Shown one piece after another: positions 8,216 to 15,943 of a DNA stretch of 50,970 bases. This DNA comes from a virus (lineage: Duplodnaviria > Caudoviricetes): positions 1-50,970 of the IMG/VR virus record IMGVR_UViG_3300032212_000014; one strand, given 5' to 3'. Within the stretch, counting starts at the first letter, position 1. Each line of letters opens with the position of its first letter. The translations under genes were made by a program, and so were the position numbers. The notes under the pieces are model-generated. The model saw only the letters and a program-made list of their open reading frames with translations, made no database searches and had not been told where the DNA came from.

Positions 8216-8288
8216 TGTTCCATTCGGGGCTTGAACCCGAGTCGCCGGGATGAAAGCCCGGTGTTCTGGCCAACTAAACTAATGGAAC
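8216..8288 (-). tRNA. tRNA-Glu(TTC), no encoded CCA
   Basis: GTTCCAT TA GTTT AGTTGGCCA GAAC A CCGGG CT-TTC-AT CCCGG CGAC TCGGG TTCAAGC CCCGA ATGGAAC A. Confidence 0.93.
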
Positions 8289-8431
8289 ATCTCCGTCTTA
8301 CTTGGGACTCTTACCCCGCCATTGAGCCCCCGTAGACGGCAAGGGGCAGGCGCTTTCCTCAACGCATCGCAGTACTACGAATACGATCAGTGTAAATCAA
8401 CAATCCATCGAAACAGGCTCATCGCGATCTC

Positions 8432-8656
8432 CTAAGCATGGGAGGGGACTGGATCGAAACGCATACGACGCAACACCAAAACAACAGATTCAGGTGTCAC
8501 AGGACGCCGATAGCGAGATGAAAAACTAAAGTTCTTAAAATTATCAATGTCATCAATGGTCAAAGAACCACACTTGCCCGAACGAGGCCAGCGACCAGAC
8601 GCAAGCAAGCCAACGCGGTAAGAACCAGATGAAATGACAGGGGTGAGCGAATCCAT
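8432..8656 (-). CDS. hypothetical protein (74 aa)
   Basis: Start MDSLTP after GCAAAGGAGATCGC RBS. Confidence 0.5.
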   Translation of the reverse strand: MDSLTPVISSGSYRVGLLASGRWPRSGKCGSLTIDDIDNFKNFSFSSRYRRPVTPESVVLVLRRMRFDPVPSHA

Positions 8657-8744
8657 GCGATCTCCTTTGCATGAGTTGTTGAAATCCGCGAGGGAAGCCG
8701 TCGCCTCCGAGCCACATGAGGGCTTGCACATCACGCGGTCGTGT

Positions 8745-9047
8745 TCAAAGTGAACCGGAAATCGATTCCAGGTTCGTGATATGAGAAAACAAAGTCGTCA
8801 GATCAGATTCAACGAATCCAAGCAAGCTGCTATCCCCTTGCTTGTCTGATTGCACAGGCGATGGAGGCATATGGCCTGAGCCCGAGATCGAAACGATCTT
8901 CTCGCTGAGCGACAACGAGAGCTTGGATACCCGCTCATTGACATCAGCAAGGTTTCGAGCAATGTTACCAATACGCTCAGCTGTAGAGGCTGGTGTTGCT
9001 GATCCAGATATTGCTGACATTTCAGCTTGGATGGAGGCGGTGTTCAT
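8745..9047 (-). CDS. hypothetical helical/coiled-coil protein
   Basis: Start MNTASIQ after GAGGA RBS; heptad-like Ile/Leu pattern. Confidence 0.6.
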   Translation of the reverse strand: MNTASIQAEMSAISGSATPASTAERIGNIARNLADVNERVSKLSLSLSEKIVSISGSGHMPPSPVQSDKQGDSSLLGFVESDLTTLFSHITNLESISGSL

Positions 9048-9091
9048 ATCGTTTCCTCTCGATTGTGGTTGTAAACGCAGGTCATGTAAAA

Positions 9092-9241
9092 CTCCAACAG
9101 CGAGAATCGAACTCGCGGGGTCGCTATCTCTTTCGAGACACGGGATGACTCCCATCTAGGCACCATGTTCGCAGTGCCGCCCCATCTACCCGAGTTGATC
9201 AAGCTCGGTAATCCGCCGATTGCCAAGACGGTCTATTGGAA
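9092..9241 (-). ncRNA. about 150-nt tRNA-like RNA with expanded multi-hairpin variable domain
   Basis: Acceptor (T)TCCAATA/TGTTGGA(G); D-like arm CCGTC/GGCGG; anticodon-like arm CCGAG-CTTGATCAA-CTCGG; three tetraloop hairpins closed by GGGG/CCCC; T-arm GCGAG TTCGATT CTCGC. Confidence 0.75.
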
Positions 9242-9304
9242 TCCGACTGCTCCCTGAGGACAAACAGTCGGGGGGTGTGCGAATCCATGCGATCTCCATC
9301 ATGG

Positions 9305-9319
9305 AAAGTTAGTGTACAC
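9305..9319 (-). promoter_or_regulatory. GYGWWCRCTAAC motif heading the leftward RNA/integrase unit
   Basis: GTGTACACTAACTTT; related copies at 15978, 21826, 32124 and 38916. Confidence 0.55.
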
Positions 9320-9685
9320 AAACTCAGAGGGAGGGTTGTGGAAAAGATGAAAAAATTTGAGATAGGAGATAGGGGAGGTTTATCAGTATTGTAAGGCCGG
9401 GGGTCCGGGGTCGGGGCCGGGCCTCTGATCGGGCGGGCGGGCGAGCTCGAGCCGATGTTAGCGAGTACTTACTAACCCCGTAAACCGCGTTTTTACGCTG
9501 CAAACCGTGTAGGGCGTACCATGGCAGGGGGTGTATGACACGAAGGGCACCCATCGTGCCACGATATCGGCGAGCCGTGGAATAGGGGTAAGGCGAGCAC
9601 GATTGAGGGGTCTAAAGCTGCCTTCTATCTCTCTCTTGCCCCCCTGAATCCCTGTTCTTCCATCTCGTGTATCCTACCATCGGCT

Positions 9686-9988
9686 ATGAGTATCCGCCTG
9701 AATCTACGCTTGCCGCCTTCGACGGTATCCCGCGCCCGCATTATCCGTGCAGTATCTAAGCGGCTTGGGGATCGTATCGAATGGGGCGATATGATGGAGC
9801 GGGGTATCGGCCCTATTGAGGATCAGCTCAAGAGCGATTGTAAGCGTATGGGCGTGAACTATGACCGCTTGTTGCTTGAGTGTCTCAAGAGCATGAACAA
9901 TGGAGCGAACGAGAACACCCCTACTACCCGTGCCTATGAGTATGCACCTAGGCCCGGCGCTGGCTTTGTTGATTCGGGCTTATCCTGA
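9686..9988 (+). CDS. hypothetical protein (possible DNA-binding protein)
   Basis: 100-aa ORF, first rightward gene; alternating N-terminal pattern IRLNLRL reminiscent of ribbon-helix-helix. Confidence 0.5.
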   Translation: MSIRLNLRLPPSTVSRARIIRAVSKRLGDRIEWGDMMERGIGPIEDQLKSDCKRMGVNYDRLLLECLKSMNNGANENTPTTRAYEYAPRPGAGFVDSGLS

Positions 9989-10093
9989 CTATGGGTGTTT
10001 TGTTCATTCGGGCTGTTGAGCATCTACGCTTCTGATTGTCTATGAATATCTTCGCTTTGGGTGTTTATTGTGGGTATCGCTGCAATTTGTCGC

Positions 10094-10108
10094 CGTCATA
10101 TTGTGACA
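10094..10108. promoter_or_regulatory. palindromic operator-like site YGTCAH-WWT-GTGACA, copy 1 of 4
   Basis: CGTCAT ATT GTGACA; others at 21745, 38841 and 42805, all intergenic. Confidence 0.6.
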
Positions 10109-10175
10109 CTCCACCCCCCTGGCGAGCTTGAATCGGGGTTATCCTAAAAATATCGCTTTTGTTTTGCCTTGTCAG

Positions 10176-10204
10176 TTGACACGGGGGGGAGTGTTGACGA
10201 TACT
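10176..10204 (+). promoter_or_regulatory. sigma70-type early promoter
   Basis: TTGACA-17 nt-GATACT upstream of the ArdC-like gene. Confidence 0.75.
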
Positions 10205-10266
10205 ACACCCATGCAAGCCGTCGGACGCTTGCAACAATCAAATCGCCTTTTGCAAAGGGGCAAACC

Positions 10267-11214
10267 ATGAAATATACACGACGATCCAGCAAGCGAGCCT
10301 CGGGCGCTAAGCGCCGGGCGAATAATGCCGCGGCTTTGCGCCGGGCTCGAGAAGGAATGAGCCCCGAGAATGACGCTCGAGTAATCTCGGGCATGATAGC
10401 CGCCGGCTATGATCCATCCGAGATCGACCCGCGCACCAACTGCTTTACTTATCCCGCTTGGCAAGCGCTCGGCCGACAAGTGCTCAAGGGCGAAACAGGC
10501 GTAAAGATCCCCGTAGGCAAACGGCTTGCCTCTATCTTTCATATCTCCCAAACTAGCGCGATTGGCGACTCCCCAAAGCCGGCGAGCATTCGCGAATGGA
10601 GCACCGCGGGCGTGAATCGCAAAATGCAAGCCGTCGCCGAAAACTCGGGATTCGATCCGGGGGATTTAATCTACAATACTGAGGCAACCGGCGGACCCGT
10701 ATCCTTTTCGTTCCCCGGCGCTATCCCCGCTGATCTTAAAGAATCCCTAGAGGGCTTGCCCTTCGATGTTCGCGCAATGTTTCGCCCGGATATGCCCGGA
10801 TCAACCGGCGCTGATACGCTCGCTGAACATGGCGCCGATGGTATGATTGATCTCGCTAAGAATCTAATCCGATCCGGGGCAACTGGTATAGCCGATCATA
10901 TCGAGCGAGTAGGCAACGAAACAGACCCACAAACGCAACTGCTCCAAGTGTTGCAAGCCCTACGCGCCGGCGTTCCGTTTGTGAGCCGCCCGGCGCTAGA
11001 AGTTGTGCAAGCCGATACGCTCAAAGATGGATCGGGTTTCGAGCTTGTGGGCGTTCCCTTCGCAGTCTATACCGCCGACGGTTGCCGGCGTGCATCATCG
11101 GGCGAGCATGATTTCAATCTCGACGGCTTGGACTCAATCCCCGCCGACAAGGGCACGGTTGATATAGACGCCCGCATAGCGCCCGAGTTGGCAACCGCCG
11201 ATATTCCATTCTAA
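10267..11214 (+). CDS. ArdC-like N-terminal ssDNA-binding domain protein
   Basis: CFTYPAWQALGRQVLKGETGVKI...IFHISQT matches the ArdC-N (DUF1738) pattern; ends in DIPF. Confidence 0.75.
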   Translation: MKYTRRSSKRASGAKRRANNAAALRRAREGMSPENDARVISGMIAAGYDPSEIDPRTNCFTYPAWQALGRQVLKGETGVKIPVGKRLASIFHISQTSAIGDSPKPASIREWSTAGVNRKMQAVAENSGFDPGDLIYNTEATGGPVSFSFPGAIPADLKESLEGLPFDVRAMFRPDMPGSTGADTLAEHGADGMIDLAKNLIRSGATGIADHIERVGNETDPQTQLLQVLQALRAGVPFVSRPALEVVQADTLKDGSGFELVGVPFAVYTADGCRRASSGEHDFNLDGLDSIPADKGTVDIDARIAPELATADIPF

Positions 11215-11223
11215 TCCAATCCC

Positions 11224-11304
11224 CGCCGGGTCCGCTGAAAAGCGGGCGCGTCGATTTGAGAGCCGGTGTCGGATCGGCTCTTATTCATGATCTTAAAGCA
11301 AAGG
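11224..11304 (+). repeat. structured intergenic leader, copy B (GAAA hairpin + GTCGGA hairpin + GCAAAGG RBS)
   Basis: GTCCGCT GAAA AGCGGGC; TGAGAGCCG GTGTCGGAT CGGCTCTTA. Confidence 0.8.
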
Positions 11305-11311
11305 GAAAAGC

Positions 11312-11752
11312 ATGAAACCCAACGAACTAGCGGCGCTATTAAACATGATACTCAACGAATCAGACGACGATACCATTATTGACCTCATCGTCAACAACGC
11401 GGAAGAACTTGAGGAGCTTGCCATAGCTCTTGCTGCTGTCCCCAAGATCGGCGACGGTAAACCGGACGCGCCAACCCATACGCCGGGGCCGTGGCATATC
11501 GGTGATACGAATAAAAACCATCCCGCTATCGTCTATGCCTCTGACGGGTGGGTGATTGCAAACACTTCGGGCGTGATATGCCGAACAGACGACGAGGAAA
11601 GCGCAAACGCTCGCCTGATTGCCGCGGCTCCTGGAATGCTCGAAGCTCTCGAAACCGTTGCAGCCTGCAAGCCTGATCACTCGGGCGGCGTGACCCTCGG
11701 GCATGTTGAGCTGTCAATGATTGCCGATACGCTTCTCAATGCTCGATCTTGA
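11312..11752 (+). CDS. conserved phage hypothetical protein
   Basis: HTPGPW...ANARLIAAAPGMLEAL motif common in phage early genes. Confidence 0.8.
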   Translation: MKPNELAALLNMILNESDDDTIIDLIVNNAEELEELAIALAAVPKIGDGKPDAPTHTPGPWHIGDTNKNHPAIVYASDGWVIANTSGVICRTDDEESANARLIAAAPGMLEALETVAACKPDHSGGVTLGHVELSMIADTLLNARS

Positions 11753-11757
11753 CACGC

Positions 11758-11839
11758 TCGCCGGCCCCGTGGAAACGCGGGGCGGTGGTTTTGGGCACGG
11801 TGTCGGATCGTGCCCGGTTTCCAGATTTCAATGCAAAGG
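11758..11839 (+). repeat. structured intergenic leader, copy C
   Basis: GCCCCGTG GAAA CGCGGGGC; GGGCACG GTGTCGGAT CGTGCCC; GCAAAGG. Confidence 0.85.
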
Positions 11840-11847
11840 ATTTTACA

Positions 11848-12324
11848 ATGTCTGTTTCAATACTCGAGCCGCGCGATATTCAATATCTCTGTGAGATGGC
11901 AGCGATAAAACCAGATTTTAGTTGGTGCCGCGTTGCCGATGGCCATGCGATCGACCGGATTATGCGCCGAGACCTTGCCGGTGCTCTGATTGTGCAGCTC
12001 AGCGCCCTCGGGCAGATTCTTGTCGATGATAACTATGCAAGCTATAACGCCCGATACGACGACAACCTAAAGCCGTTCCGATATGTTCACCACTCCCAAG
12101 CCGTAGACCATAAGCCCGGCGAAGTGTTCGCCGCGTGCAACTACTACGAATACCAAGCGAGCGAGCACCCCGAGGGTATGAACTGTGAAGGGCTCCAGGT
12201 GATCGGCGCGATAAGGGCTCAATCCATGCGGCATGTTATCGCGTCACAATCAAAGAACCCAACAGGGACGCCGGACCACTTCGGAAACTCAACCGCGGTC
12301 TGCCTCTCTCGCCTGATTGGATAA
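11848..12324 (+). CDS. conserved hypothetical protein
   Basis: Start MSVSILE after GCAAAGG; LVDDNYASYNARY...CNYYEYQASEHP. Confidence 0.7.
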   Translation: MSVSILEPRDIQYLCEMAAIKPDFSWCRVADGHAIDRIMRRDLAGALIVQLSALGQILVDDNYASYNARYDDNLKPFRYVHHSQAVDHKPGEVFAACNYYEYQASEHPEGMNCEGLQVIGAIRAQSMRHVIASQSKNPTGTPDHFGNSTAVCLSRLIG

Positions 12325-12332
12325 AAAACTTT

Positions 12333-12414
12333 TCGCCGGCCCCGTGGAAACGCGGGGCGCGGCGATTCGTTGCACGGTGTCGGATCGTGCAACTTTCCGA
12401 ACCCCCAGCAAAGG
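12333..12414 (+). repeat. structured intergenic leader, copy D
   Basis: 27-bp and 19-bp exact matches to copy C; GTTGCACG GTGTCGGAT CGTGCAAC. Confidence 0.85.
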
Positions 12415-12425
12415 GATAGTAAACA

Positions 12426-13694
12426 ATGACACATGAAAACGAAGCGACTTATTGCCCGGAAGATAACAAAATCCGCCTGTACTGCGGACGCGTACCGCGT
12501 GAGGAATACCTAGAGCTCCGGGCGCTCGGGTTCAAATCGACGCCGAAACAGGATTGTGATTTTGTCGCAACTTGGGGCATCGCCCGAGAAGATCGGGCGC
12601 TCTCCATGCTTGCCGAGGGCGACACTATCGGCGACGAGGACCAAAGCCCCGCGGATCGTGCAGCCGATCGCGCTGAACGATTCGCCATGTATCGAGACAA
12701 GCGGCGAATCGAAGCCGGCGGACACGCGGACGCATTCGACGCTGGGCCAAGCTCGCACGGCTACCAATCACAAGACAGAGCCAACCGCGCAGCCGCCAAG
12801 CATGACCGCCATCGCGGGCGAGCCCTGAGCCAATGGGACAAGGCCGAGTATTGGCAACAAAGAACCGCCGGCGTGATTGAACACGCGATATACCAGACGA
12901 GTGCATCGGTTCGCCGTGGGCGGATTGTTCGCCTGGAGTCGGATCTGAGAACGCACACGGGCGACTGCTACACCCGGTACCGTGCTCATCTTGAAAACCG
13001 CCTAGCCTATGAGCGTCAGATGTTGGCGAGTCAGGGCGGATCAGCTGCCGATGTCGATATTATCCCCGGCGGATACTTTGGGCGTCATCAAGTGATCAAG
13101 GTGAATCGCTCGCCGGTGACTAAGCAGCCCGTATCGGTGAAAGTCTGGGGAGCGCACGACTGGAAGCGCGACGCCAACGGGGAGCCCTTGCAATGCCTGA
13201 AATCTGTGAATATCCAGCGGCTCGGAGAGGATGCTTATACACCACCAACCGAGGCCGATCTTGTGAAGCTCGCCGAGTTCAACGCGGCGCTCAAAGAAAA
13301 GACTAAAGAGAAGAACGCGGGCAAGCCCAAGCTCATCAACCCAACCGACGCCGACGCGCAACGGTTGCAAGATACTTTAAACGCAGCCGCTAGAGGGGGA
13401 TCTTCTGAGATCCTAAAAATGACTCAAGCCCAGTATTCTGCACGCTCGAAGGGTTCGTATTCAAGTTATGGCGCCGAGTTCTTGCACGCCGACGGTTCAA
13501 CTGATTCAAGTCCGCGGGCGGGCCGATGGATCGACGGGCAGATGGTCCAGCATACCAACATCTGCAAAGTGCGAATCGGTCCGAATATTGGCAGCAGTTC
13601 ATTCTATTCTGCTGACTCCGTGATCATCATCACCGACAAGCCACAAAAGCCGCTCCCGGCTTGGTCAACCGTTGCCGAGGGGGTGGCATCATGA
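12426..13694 (+). CDS. DUF3560-like protein
   Basis: RAADRAERF...WDKAEYWQQRTAG...VRRGRIVRLESDLR pattern; adjacent to an MTase, as is typical for this family. Confidence 0.7.
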   Translation: MTHENEATYCPEDNKIRLYCGRVPREEYLELRALGFKSTPKQDCDFVATWGIAREDRALSMLAEGDTIGDEDQSPADRAADRAERFAMYRDKRRIEAGGHADAFDAGPSSHGYQSQDRANRAAAKHDRHRGRALSQWDKAEYWQQRTAGVIEHAIYQTSASVRRGRIVRLESDLRTHTGDCYTRYRAHLENRLAYERQMLASQGGSAADVDIIPGGYFGRHQVIKVNRSPVTKQPVSVKVWGAHDWKRDANGEPLQCLKSVNIQRLGEDAYTPPTEADLVKLAEFNAALKEKTKEKNAGKPKLINPTDADAQRLQDTLNAAARGGSSEILKMTQAQYSARSKGSYSSYGAEFLHADGSTDSSPRAGRWIDGQMVQHTNICKVRIGPNIGSSSFYSADSVIIITDKPQKPLPAWSTVAEGVAS

Positions 13695-14320
13695 ATCGCG
13701 GCCTATTACGATTGCTCCATCTACGCGAACAAACCGAAGCCGTAGACGCGGACATGATCGGCGAGCGGGCACGCTTTAAGCGGCTACGCAAGGCCGAAGC
13801 GCCCCGCGCGGTGTCGGCGTTCAATCTGTTTCAAACCCCGCCGGAGCTCGCTGATTGTATGGTTGCGAATCTCCCAACCCTGGGCGACGGTTCGCGGGTG
13901 CTTGAACCTTCCGCCGGGCTCGGTCGATTGTTTCACGCGATCCGTCGAAAAGCGCCCGGCGCTCTGGTCACGCTTGTTGAATCCTCGCCCGATTGCTGCG
14001 CCGAGTTGTACCGTGCGATAGATGGCGACGAATCCGCGCACCTTGCCCAGCGTGATTTCTTGAACTTCTCGGATCTCGACGGGTTCGATTTCATCGTGAT
14101 GAATCCGCCATTCAAGCGGGGGGCGGATGTGAAGCATATCAAGCACGCACGCGGATTGCTCAAGCCTGGCGGGGTGCTTGTGGCGTTGTGCTATGACGGT
14201 AGCGCCCAGAATAAGCACCTCAAACCAATCGCGGACACTTGGACGCCGCTGGGCTCTGATCTATTCAAGACTGAGGGCACGCGGGCGGCCGTGGTGATGA
14301 TGACGCTCTCTACGCGATGA
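13691..14320 (+). CDS. N6-adenine DNA methyltransferase (gamma-type, small)
   Basis: FQTPPELA, VLEPSAGLG, DFL and VMNPPF motifs; ATGA overlap. Confidence 0.9.
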   Translation: MNRGLLRLLHLREQTEAVDADMIGERARFKRLRKAEAPRAVSAFNLFQTPPELADCMVANLPTLGDGSRVLEPSAGLGRLFHAIRRKAPGALVTLVESSPDCCAELYRAIDGDESAHLAQRDFLNFSDLDGFDFIVMNPPFKRGADVKHIKHARGLLKPGGVLVALCYDGSAQNKHLKPIADTWTPLGSDLFKTEGTRAAVVMMTLSTR

Positions 14321-14328
14321 TCCCAAAG

Positions 14329-14455
14329 CCCCGAGATCGTGGAAACGCGATCCGCGGGGATTCGATCAGCTACGGACGGTTGATCAAAAAGTAGGTGAGG
14401 GCGATACGCTCGAAAGCGGTCGGACACGCCCCCACCCTAGCACCCATTGCAAAGG
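14329..14455 (+). repeat. structured intergenic leader, copy E (divergent, three hairpins)
   Basis: GATCGTG GAAA CGCGATC; GATCAGCT ACGGAC GGTTGATC; GGGCG...GTCGGACA CGCCC; GCAAAGG. Confidence 0.75.
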
Positions 14456-14466
14456 GGATAAATCCC

Positions 14467-14754
14467 ATGAGTACCGAACCAATCATAGACGCAATCACTC
14501 AGAGAATCATGGACGACGCGGGGGCATATGAACCAACCCCCCAAGAAGTCCGCTGGGCTTTGATCGAGCACCAATCAAGGAAGCTCGCTGACGCTTTGAC
14601 CCGTCATCAGTTCGTAGGCGTGACCGGCGACGCGCTCATCGCGTTGCGCGATCTTCGCGAAGCTATGGACGGGGCGACCGAGAAGCCCGAGCCAATCGAG
14701 CCGGATAACCCGCTGGCAATCATCGGCAACCGTGGATACACAACGACCTATTGA
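14467..14754 (+). CDS. hypothetical protein
   Basis: Start MSTEPII after GCAAAGGGG RBS. Confidence 0.65.
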   Translation: MSTEPIIDAITQRIMDDAGAYEPTPQEVRWALIEHQSRKLADALTRHQFVGVTGDALIALRDLREAMDGATEKPEPIEPDNPLAIIGNRGYTTTY

Positions 14755-14763
14755 GCGAAACCA

Positions 14764-14815
14764 CCCGGCGGGAGTGAAAGCGCCCGCCGGGCCTTGTATG
14801 ATCTTAAAGCAAAGG
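14764..14815 (+). repeat. structured intergenic leader, copy F
   Basis: CCCGGCGGG...GAAA...CCCGCCGGG followed by ATGATCTTAAAGCAAAGG, identical to 11287-11304. Confidence 0.75.
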
Positions 14816-14823
14816 AGAATAAA

Positions 14824-15210
14824 ATGGGAATGTTTGATACTGTGGCAGTTGAATGCCCTCAATGCGCCGAGTTCGTCGGCGTTCAAAGCAAAGCGATGGG
14901 CCACAGACTCACCAACCTGAATCTGTACAACATTGAGAACGCACCAGACGATATCAAGGCTGACATTGCAGACTGCCAATGCGAGTGCCGAAAGTGCGGG
15001 CAAAAATTCACTGTCCGGGCAGAGATTACTTTAACAGTCATGGCTTGCCACGATTTTCCGCCGGACACTGATTCGTGGATCGTCTGGAGCGAGCCACACC
15101 CATTATGCAAAGATGGCGGGTCGGAATACCCGGATTGGTATCTGGATCATATCCAACAACAGATCGAATCCAAACCTAGTGATCCCCTTATGCCAGGGGG
15201 CGAGCGATGA
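14824..15210 (+). CDS. zinc-ribbon hypothetical protein (MGMFD type)
   Basis: MGMFDTVAVECPQC...QSK...CRKCG. Confidence 0.75.
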   Translation: MGMFDTVAVECPQCAEFVGVQSKAMGHRLTNLNLYNIENAPDDIKADIADCQCECRKCGQKFTVRAEITLTVMACHDFPPDTDSWIVWSEPHPLCKDGGSEYPDWYLDHIQQQIESKPSDPLMPGGER

Positions 15211-15923
15211 GCAAGAAGCAAATCAAGTGTGTTATCTATGCCCGTTTCAGTCCGCGCCCAGCTAAGGCGCTCAAAGACTGTCAATCTATCGCCGTGCAGA
15301 TTGAATCCTGCAAAGCGTTCGCAGAGAAGCAAGGGTATCGCGTGATGAATACCTATGTGGATCAAGAGAAGTCTCGAAACGACTTCGATCGTCCGGGTCT
15401 CCATGAGGGCATCAAATCACTCTATCGCGGCTGGATCTTTCTCGCCTATAGCCCTGATCGAATCGGATCAGGACGGCACGCCGCGGTGATCGAGAACGAT
15501 ATCATCAGCAAGGGTGCCAGGATCGAGTACGCCACCGGCGATATGAACGGACAATCCGACGAGACCACGCTCATGCGGGGGTTCTTTTCGCTGCTCGCTG
15601 AGTATGAACGAGCAAAGATTGGCCGGCGAACCAGTGACGGAATGCAGTTCAGGCAGGCCAACGGGGAGCGAATGACAAGCATCGGAACCTTGCCCTACGG
15701 GAAGATGGTTGACCCTGAGAATGATCGCCGGATGATCGACAATCCAGACGAAATCAGGGTTATTCGAGCGATTAAACGATGGAATAAGCAGGGCGTGACC
15801 GTCGCGGGCATGATCTCAAAGCTCCACGAAAACCAGTGGAAACCGAGAGGCAAGGAATGGCACCGGACCACGATCAATCGGATTTTGGCACGCTCAAAGG
15901 GTGACAAGCCCAAGGATAGTTGA
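15207..15923 (+). CDS. serine recombinase (resolvase catalytic domain plus short recombinase domain)
   Basis: VIYARFS, DRPGL, PDRIG, LAEYERAKIGRRT and LPYG motifs. Confidence 0.9.
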   Translation: MSKKQIKCVIYARFSPRPAKALKDCQSIAVQIESCKAFAEKQGYRVMNTYVDQEKSRNDFDRPGLHEGIKSLYRGWIFLAYSPDRIGSGRHAAVIENDIISKGARIEYATGDMNGQSDETTLMRGFFSLLAEYERAKIGRRTSDGMQFRQANGERMTSIGTLPYGKMVDPENDRRMIDNPDEIRVIRAIKRWNKQGVTVAGMISKLHENQWKPRGKEWHRTTINRILARSKGDKPKDS

Positions 15924-15943
15924 ACCAAAGACAGATTGCAAGG

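Noticed and set aside
8290-8390. Theta (HDV-like) ribozyme
   Set aside because: It lies 5' rather than 3' of the tRNA, and I could not build the nested P1/P1.1/P2/P3 topology.
9092-9241. tmRNA or tRNA-Sec
   Set aside because: It lacks the Ala G3:U70 acceptor and tag region, is too short for tmRNA, and has a D-like arm. TCA is not centred in a 7-nt loop as Sec requires.
11224-14815. Intergenic repeats as a CRISPR array or integron attC sites
   Set aside because: They are separated by whole genes, there are no cas genes, and I see no consistent RYYYAAC/GTTRRRY ends.
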